Shown: one piece after another, positions 27,770 through 32,000 of the stretch
Layout: every line of letters begins with the position of its first letter
How positions within the stretch are numbered: the first letter of the stretch is position 1
Assembly: GCF_003945235.1 (NCBI RefSeq)
Contig: NZ_RSDW01000001.1
Span: forward strand, 4,920,001-4,952,000
Reading direction: 5' to 3'
DNA from: Edaphobacter aggregans
Lineage (GTDB): Bacteria > Acidobacteriota > Terriglobia > Terriglobales > Acidobacteriaceae
Length of the DNA: 32,000 nucleotides
Notes under the pieces: model-generated
Database searches by the model: none
What the model was told of the DNA's origin: nothing
The model's input: only the letters and a program-made list of their open reading frames with translations
Program-made: the position numbers and the translations under genes

Positions 27770-28042
27770 CCGCTGGGAACAATGAAGCTGTGGTCGACGG
27801 TGAAGCGCGGCGCCCGCCTCGCTTCACCAGCAGCATCCGGCGCGTAAGCGGGCCGCATACTGGCGCGGACACTGCCAACATATTCCGGGGCGATCGACTC
27901 CGGAAGCAGCTCTATAGGGAGGAGTCCACAGTAACGTTTTCGGCTTTTCTCCGCGAAGGAAAGGCGTTTGAGCCTCGGCTTGCCCCTTCTTGGGGACCGT
28001 CATTTGTTCTGCATGACATACGACGGGAAAAGGGGATATTAC

Positions 28043-29395
28043 ATGAAAAATCGCACCAGGCTTTTCGCGGCTCTGCTCTCGATCGTAGCTATAGCCGCTT
28101 GTTTCGGCATTTACTCGAAAGAAGGTGTGGAGGCTGCAACCCGGCCACAGGAGCCCGAGAAATCTGCCGCGACCTCTCAACAGTCGGCAGTCAACATGAG
28201 CGCTCAAGCAGCCCCGGCTGAGCCTGAGAGCCTGTATGGTCCCAGCTTCGCTTTCCTCGCCTGGAATCTCTTTCTGCAAATCACGTCGCCCACCAGCAGC
28301 GGCGCTCCGACCTTTGAGACTTGGACGGAGCAATGTGAACTGAGTCCCGATATGGTTGGATGCCCCAGCACTGTGAGTGCGGCGGCGGCCACGAAAGGCG
28401 GAGGGAATGGCAAGGTGCGCATGCTGCACGGAAGCGCAATGGTCCGGGCCAGAAAGGTAGCAGGCAGCGACTGCGACGCAATGACAACGACATCGATCGC
28501 AGGATATCCCCCTCCCTCCAATTTGACGTCCAGCGCCATGTTCTGCGAAGAGGTTTTCCTGAGCCCGGTGGAAGCGGACTTCGTGAAGAGGGACCTCACC
28601 ACGCTCGTCAGCCAGCAAGCCTATGGCAAGGAGCGCGGCGGGACAATCAACTTCCCGGGAACCGGCACAAACGATACTCGTCTGGATCTTGATTCCCTGG
28701 AAGTGAAGGTTGACTGGGTGCCAGCTACTTCCTACAACCCGACCTTTGCCTGCCCCGATCCAACCAACAGCCTTTACACGGAGACGATCAACGGCACATG
28801 CTATGCGCTGGCGGCCATCCACATTACTTCCAAAGTGATGCCCAGGTGGCTGTGGGCGACGTTCGAGCCCAACAACAATGTCACCAATCCCAACCGCTGC
28901 GACCCCAAGCTCTACGGCGCTTGTTTCGATCCATGGGGAACCACGTCGAGCCAACCCTATGGAAAGGGACAGAAGGCGCAGCAGAGTCAGGAGTTGCGTC
29001 AGGCCATGGCGCAGGCGAACGTGAATCCGGCGCTTAGCAATTATTTCCTGACGGGAGTGCAGACCGAATTCGTTGACAACTACGGGAAACCGATTCAGCT
29101 GGGTAATTCTTTTGTCGAGTTCAACCAGGGAGTGCCGCCCGGCAAATCGTCGTGCATGACCTGCCACCAGTACGCGCATTTCGATGGTAAGCAACCCCCG
29201 CAAGGCGTACCGGAAAACAATTTTGGAAGACCACCGCACGGTTGGCCCAGCATCGGATATGCCTGCAACCAAAACCAAAACGGAAATTGCATGCCAGAGG
29301 TCCCCAATTCCACGACGCAGGACTTTTCTTGGATGCTGGGTTTGATGCCGTACAGCGATGCAGTCGCCAAGCCTCCCATGGATAAGTCGCAGTAA
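28043..29395 (+). CDS. Secreted Cys-rich hypothetical protein with a single CXXCH motif
   Basis: ORF 27968..29395; ATG 28043 follows AAAGGGGA and opens a signal peptide (MKNRTRLFAALLSIVAIAACFG). GC-biased third positions support the plus strand over the fully overlapping antisense ORF. There are 13 Cys after the signal peptide. CMTCH is encoded at 29153-29167. Confidence 0.7.
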   Translation: MKNRTRLFAALLSIVAIAACFGIYSKEGVEAATRPQEPEKSAATSQQSAVNMSAQAAPAEPESLYGPSFAFLAWNLFLQITSPTSSGAPTFETWTEQCELSPDMVGCPSTVSAAAATKGGGNGKVRMLHGSAMVRARKVAGSDCDAMTTTSIAGYPPPSNLTSSAMFCEEVFLSPVEADFVKRDLTTLVSQQAYGKERGGTINFPGTGTNDTRLDLDSLEVKVDWVPATSYNPTFACPDPTNSLYTETINGTCYALAAIHITSKVMPRWLWATFEPNNNVTNPNRCDPKLYGACFDPWGTTSSQPYGKGQKAQQSQELRQAMAQANVNPALSNYFLTGVQTEFVDNYGKPIQLGNSFVEFNQGVPPGKSSCMTCHQYAHFDGKQPPQGVPENNFGRPPHGWPSIGYACNQNQNGNCMPEVPNSTTQDFSWMLGLMPYSDAVAKPPMDKSQ

Positions 29396-29411
29396 ACGTC
29401 GAAGACTTGCA

Positions 29412-30260
29412 ATGGAACAGATGATGCAGCCACGGCCAAAGACGATGAATCCCCAACCAGCGCCTTCCTGCCTGCGCCGACAAGGATTTCTTGAGACGTT
29501 GGTTCTTGGACTCGTGCTTTTGGTCGTGCCTACAATCCTGAGCGGAAAGAACCTTCTCGCGCAGACCTATGACCCGCAGGCCACGCAGCAGCAAAAGGCC
29601 GTCGCCAAACCTGCCCAATCGCCCCGCGGCGCTACCGCGCACGCTCATGCTGCTTCGACGCAACTCCAACCTGCCCCGGAAGTGATAGTCGCGCAACCAC
29701 TTGCCCCGACGGCTCCAATCTTGCCCGCCAACCAGCCTCCCAACCAGGCCAGGGTGAGGTCGGACAGCCATGGCCTAGAAATCGAAGCGTCCAATTCTAG
29801 CCTCGACCAGATTCTGCACCAGGTCGCTGCCGCCACAGGTGCCAAATTGGAAGGACTCATCCAGGATCAGCGGGTCTTCGGCAGCTACGGCCCGGGCCCG
29901 GTGTGTGACGTGCTCTCGAAGCTCCTCGACGGCTCCGGCTATAACGTGCTCATGATTGGCGGCCGTGACACTAGCGCTCCGCTTGAGATCGTTTTGAGCT
30001 CCCGCTCACCTGCCAGCCCACAGACGGCCGCGAACAATCAGAACCGCAGCAACTCGAGGGATGACGAAGCCAGCGCGCAGCTCAAACCCGAGCCACCGCG
30101 CGACAATCCTCCCGAGCAGCCGCGCGCCCAGTCGGCTCAAAATCCCTTCGCTAATGGCGAACCGGCGCCCGACCCGCTGCAGTTCATGCAGGAGATCCTG
30201 CAACGTCAGCAGAAGATCGACCAGCAACAGCAGGACCAGCAGAATAATCCGAAGCCATGA
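29412..30260 (+). CDS. Membrane-anchored hypothetical protein with a central STN-like domain and Q/P-rich low-complexity regions
   Basis: ORF 29358..30260; ATG 29412 lies 16 nt after the upstream stop. TM helix: FLETLVLGLVLLVVPTIL. The central segment LEIEASNSSLDQILHQVAAATGAKLEG...VCDVLSKLLDGSGYNVLMIG resembles a secretin/TonB short N-terminal (STN) fold. The tail is QQQKIDQQQQDQQNNPKP. Confidence 0.6.
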   Translation: MEQMMQPRPKTMNPQPAPSCLRRQGFLETLVLGLVLLVVPTILSGKNLLAQTYDPQATQQQKAVAKPAQSPRGATAHAHAASTQLQPAPEVIVAQPLAPTAPILPANQPPNQARVRSDSHGLEIEASNSSLDQILHQVAAATGAKLEGLIQDQRVFGSYGPGPVCDVLSKLLDGSGYNVLMIGGRDTSAPLEIVLSSRSPASPQTAANNQNRSNSRDDEASAQLKPEPPRDNPPEQPRAQSAQNPFANGEPAPDPLQFMQEILQRQQKIDQQQQDQQNNPKP

Positions 30261-30390
30261 TAGGCAGGAGCTTCATTGCCGCTTTGCTATCTCTCCACCG
30301 ACGACTCATACGTTTGGGATCGCTTATTCGGTTTCGAGTCACGGAGCGCGCCAGTTGTGCCGAGTCAGTCCGTTTGCTAGTTTGACATGC

Positions 30391-31638
30391 ATGCCGCCGA
30401 ATGCGCCCGAAGATGTGAGCAGGACCATCGAGACTCTTTACCGGTCTGAATCGGGCAGAATTCTGGCTACGCTGGTGCGCCTGCTCGGCGATCTTGATCT
30501 CGCCGAAGAGTCGATGCATGAGGCCTTTGCAGCAGCTTTGGACAGCTGGCCTCAGGCCGGCATACCGGAAAAACCGCGCCCCTGGCTGATTTCAACCGCA
30601 CGCTTCAAGGCTGTTGACGGGATACGCCGGCGGGCGCGCTTCGACGGAGTAGAGAGAGATCTTGCGCTGCACCTTGAAGCGCAAAGCAACGAAGCGCGCA
30701 TCAACGAAGCGCTTCAGGAAGAGGAGATCGAGGACGATCGCCTTCGTCTCATCTTCACCTGCTGCCATCCCGCTTTGCCATCGGAGGGACAGGTTGCGCT
30801 CACACTGCGTGAGGTCTGCGGCCTGACAACAGAAGAGATTGCCCGCGCATTTCTCGTTACGCCGGCGACGCTTGCGCAACGCATCGTTCGCGCAAAAGCC
30901 GTCATCCGCGATAAGGCGATTCCTTACCAGGTGCCCTTGTCGCCGGAATTATCGGCAAGGTTAGGAGCCGTGCTTCAGGTTGTGTACCTGGTCTTCAACG
31001 AGGGTTATTCAGCGGAGACAACAGGAGCCGAACTGAGCCGCGAAGCGATCCGTCTGGGTAGACTGCTCCTCGACCTTCTTCCCGAACCCGAGGTGATGGG
31101 CTTGGTGGGGCTCATGCTGCTGCAGGAATCGCGCCGTGCTGCCCGAAGCTCTGCGGAGGGAGATCTGATTCTGCTGGACCAGCAGGATCGCTTGTTGTGG
31201 AACAGGGATCACATCGCCGAAGGCATCGCTCTCACCGAGAGGGCTCTTGCGTCACGCCGTTTCGGTGCCTACACCCTGCAGGCGGCCATTGCGGCAGTTC
31301 ATGCGGAGGCCTCCTCGACAGCGTCCACGGACTGGCGCCAGATCACGCTTCTCTACGACCGGCTGATTCGTATTCAGCCATCGCCGGTCGTCGAACTCAA
31401 TCGCGCAGTTGCTGTCGCCATGTACGAAGGTCCGGAGCATGGTCTTCGTCTCATCGATGACCTGTTGGCGCGCGAGGAACTCGCCAGGTATCACCTCGCG
31501 CACTCCGCCCGTGCGGATTTGTGCCGCAGGCTGGAACAGCTTCCGGAGGCCCGTGCTTCGTATGAGAAGGCGCTTGCTCTGGCTCGTCAGGAGCCGGAGC
31601 GCCGTTTTCTCGCCGGGCGGTTGCGAGAGTTGCAATAA
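30391..31638 (+). CDS. ECF-type RNA polymerase sigma factor with a C-terminal TPR-like extension (COG4941 / ECF42-like)
   Basis: ORF 30061..31638; ATG 30391 chosen. Sigma-2 region: ESGRILATLVRLLGDLDLAEESMHEAFAAALDSW...PWLISTARFKAVDGIRR. Sigma-4 region: LRLIFTCCHPALPSEGQVALTLREVCGLTTEEIARAFLVTPATLAQRIVRAK. A helical C-terminal domain of about 200 aa follows. Confidence 0.85.
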   Translation: MPPNAPEDVSRTIETLYRSESGRILATLVRLLGDLDLAEESMHEAFAAALDSWPQAGIPEKPRPWLISTARFKAVDGIRRRARFDGVERDLALHLEAQSNEARINEALQEEEIEDDRLRLIFTCCHPALPSEGQVALTLREVCGLTTEEIARAFLVTPATLAQRIVRAKAVIRDKAIPYQVPLSPELSARLGAVLQVVYLVFNEGYSAETTGAELSREAIRLGRLLLDLLPEPEVMGLVGLMLLQESRRAARSSAEGDLILLDQQDRLLWNRDHIAEGIALTERALASRRFGAYTLQAAIAAVHAEASSTASTDWRQITLLYDRLIRIQPSPVVELNRAVAVAMYEGPEHGLRLIDDLLAREELARYHLAHSARADLCRRLEQLPEARASYEKALALARQEPERRFLAGRLRELQ

Positions 31639-31669
31639 AAGGGAATTGAATAAAAAAGTTTGTCTCTGC

Positions 31670-31695
31670 TGTCGATTTTCCCTGCGTCCGGCGAC
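31670..31695 (+). promoter_or_regulatory. Candidate ECF-type promoter upstream of the DHFR-family gene
   Basis: TGTCGA (31670-31675), a 16-nt spacer, then CGAC (31692-31695), about 110 nt upstream of ATG 31807. It matches my recollection of ECF41/42-group promoters (-35 TGTC-type, -10 CGTC/CGAC-type). Confidence 0.3.
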
Positions 31696-31806
31696 TATAG
31701 GGTGAAGCACCCGGAGACGAAGACCTGTCCCCAGGAGCCCCGCAACGAGCCAGCGTGCGACGTCGGCTCAAGCTATTCTGAAGAACCTCTGAAGGAGATT
31801 TGCAGC

Positions 31807-32000
31807 ATGGCGAAACTTGTCTACGAATTGAACCAGTCTCTGGATGGCTACGTCGACCACCGGAAGTTGGGACCCCCTGTGCCCGAGGCCTTTCGTCACT
31901 TCGTCGAGCGTGTGCGTGGCCTGACGGGCTTGATATACGGTCGCCACATGTACGAAATCATGCGTTATTGGGACGACGACCTTCCCGACTGGGGCGCGGA
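31807..32000 (+). CDS. Dihydrofolate reductase-family (RibD C-terminal domain) protein; 3' end outside the window
   Basis: ATG 31807 follows GAAGGAGA. The N-terminus MAKLVYELNQSLDGYVDH...GRHMYE matches the RibD_C/DHFR-like pattern (K-x-V-x-x-x-x-x-SLDGY). Confidence 0.75.
   Translation, partial: MAKLVYELNQSLDGYVDHRKLGPPVPEAFRHFVERVRGLTGLIYGRHMYEIMRYWDDDLPDWGA

Noticed and set aside
27791-27797. TGGTCGA near-match to the ECF -35 motif upstream of the CXXCH gene
   Set aside because: It has an extra base relative to TGTCGA, and there is no CGTC/CGAC element at 16-17 nt spacing.
27799-27828. 9-bp hairpin GGTGAAGCG/CGCTTCACC 30 nt after the PEP-CTERM gene, considered as a possible terminator
   Set aside because: No U-tract follows on either strand, so I cannot support an intrinsic terminator call.
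27824-29278. 484-aa minus-strand ORF fully overlapping the CXXCH protein gene
   Set aside because: It is Arg/Gly/Ala-rich with no signal or motifs and no SD. The plus-strand ORF has an SD, a signal peptide and GC-biased third positions. I kept the plus-strand gene only.
30061-30390. 110-codon upstream extension of the ECF sigma ORF
   Set aside because: It overlaps the 3' end of the preceding gene in another frame and is R/S-rich. The region-2 homology begins just after ATG 30391.

Overview
High-GC chromosomal segment. The gene content points to an Acidobacteriota (Terriglobia/Acidobacteriaceae-like) genome: a PadR regulator coupled to a roughly 890-aa duplicated FtsX/MacB-type 'orphan' permease, a PEP-CTERM protein, and many secreted hydrolases. 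I support about 30 protein genes and found no rRNA, tRNA, CRISPR array, transposase or integrase. Left to right: a partial HAMP-PP2C phosphatase; a secreted hypothetical; a YVTN beta-propeller lipoprotein; a System I cytochrome c maturation cluster on the minus strand (ccmA-ybaK-ccmB-ccmC-ccmD, with ccmE split off by an opposite-strand M20 peptidase); PadR plus permease; cytochrome bd oxidase cydAB; alkB plus a second 2OG-Fe(II) oxygenase; thiC; a PSMA-like M28 peptidase; a DUF1348 protein; mscL; a small membrane protein; a GH13 alpha-glucosidase. From about 23.8 kb codon usage looks less GC-biased by eye. That block holds a CE15-like glucuronoyl esterase with a long C-terminal extension, a PEP-CTERM protein, a Cys-rich secreted protein with one CXXCH motif, a membrane-anchored STN-like/Q-P-rich protein, a TPR-extended ECF sigma factor and a partial DHFR-family gene. 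The points most worth a second look are: (1) the variant Ccm system, where CcmE has CXXXY instead of HXXXY and a YbaK deacylase homolog is translationally coupled inside the heme-exporter operon; (2) the uncharacterised CXXCH-protein / STN-like protein / ECF sigma / DHFR-family block, which has an ECF-type promoter motif; (3) the PadR-permease pair with a tandem palindromic candidate operator; (4) an MscL with a zinc-ribbon C-terminus. Many long ORFs in the track are antisense or out-of-frame shadows typical of high-GC DNA and were rejected. All family calls come from motif recognition by eye; no database search was run.
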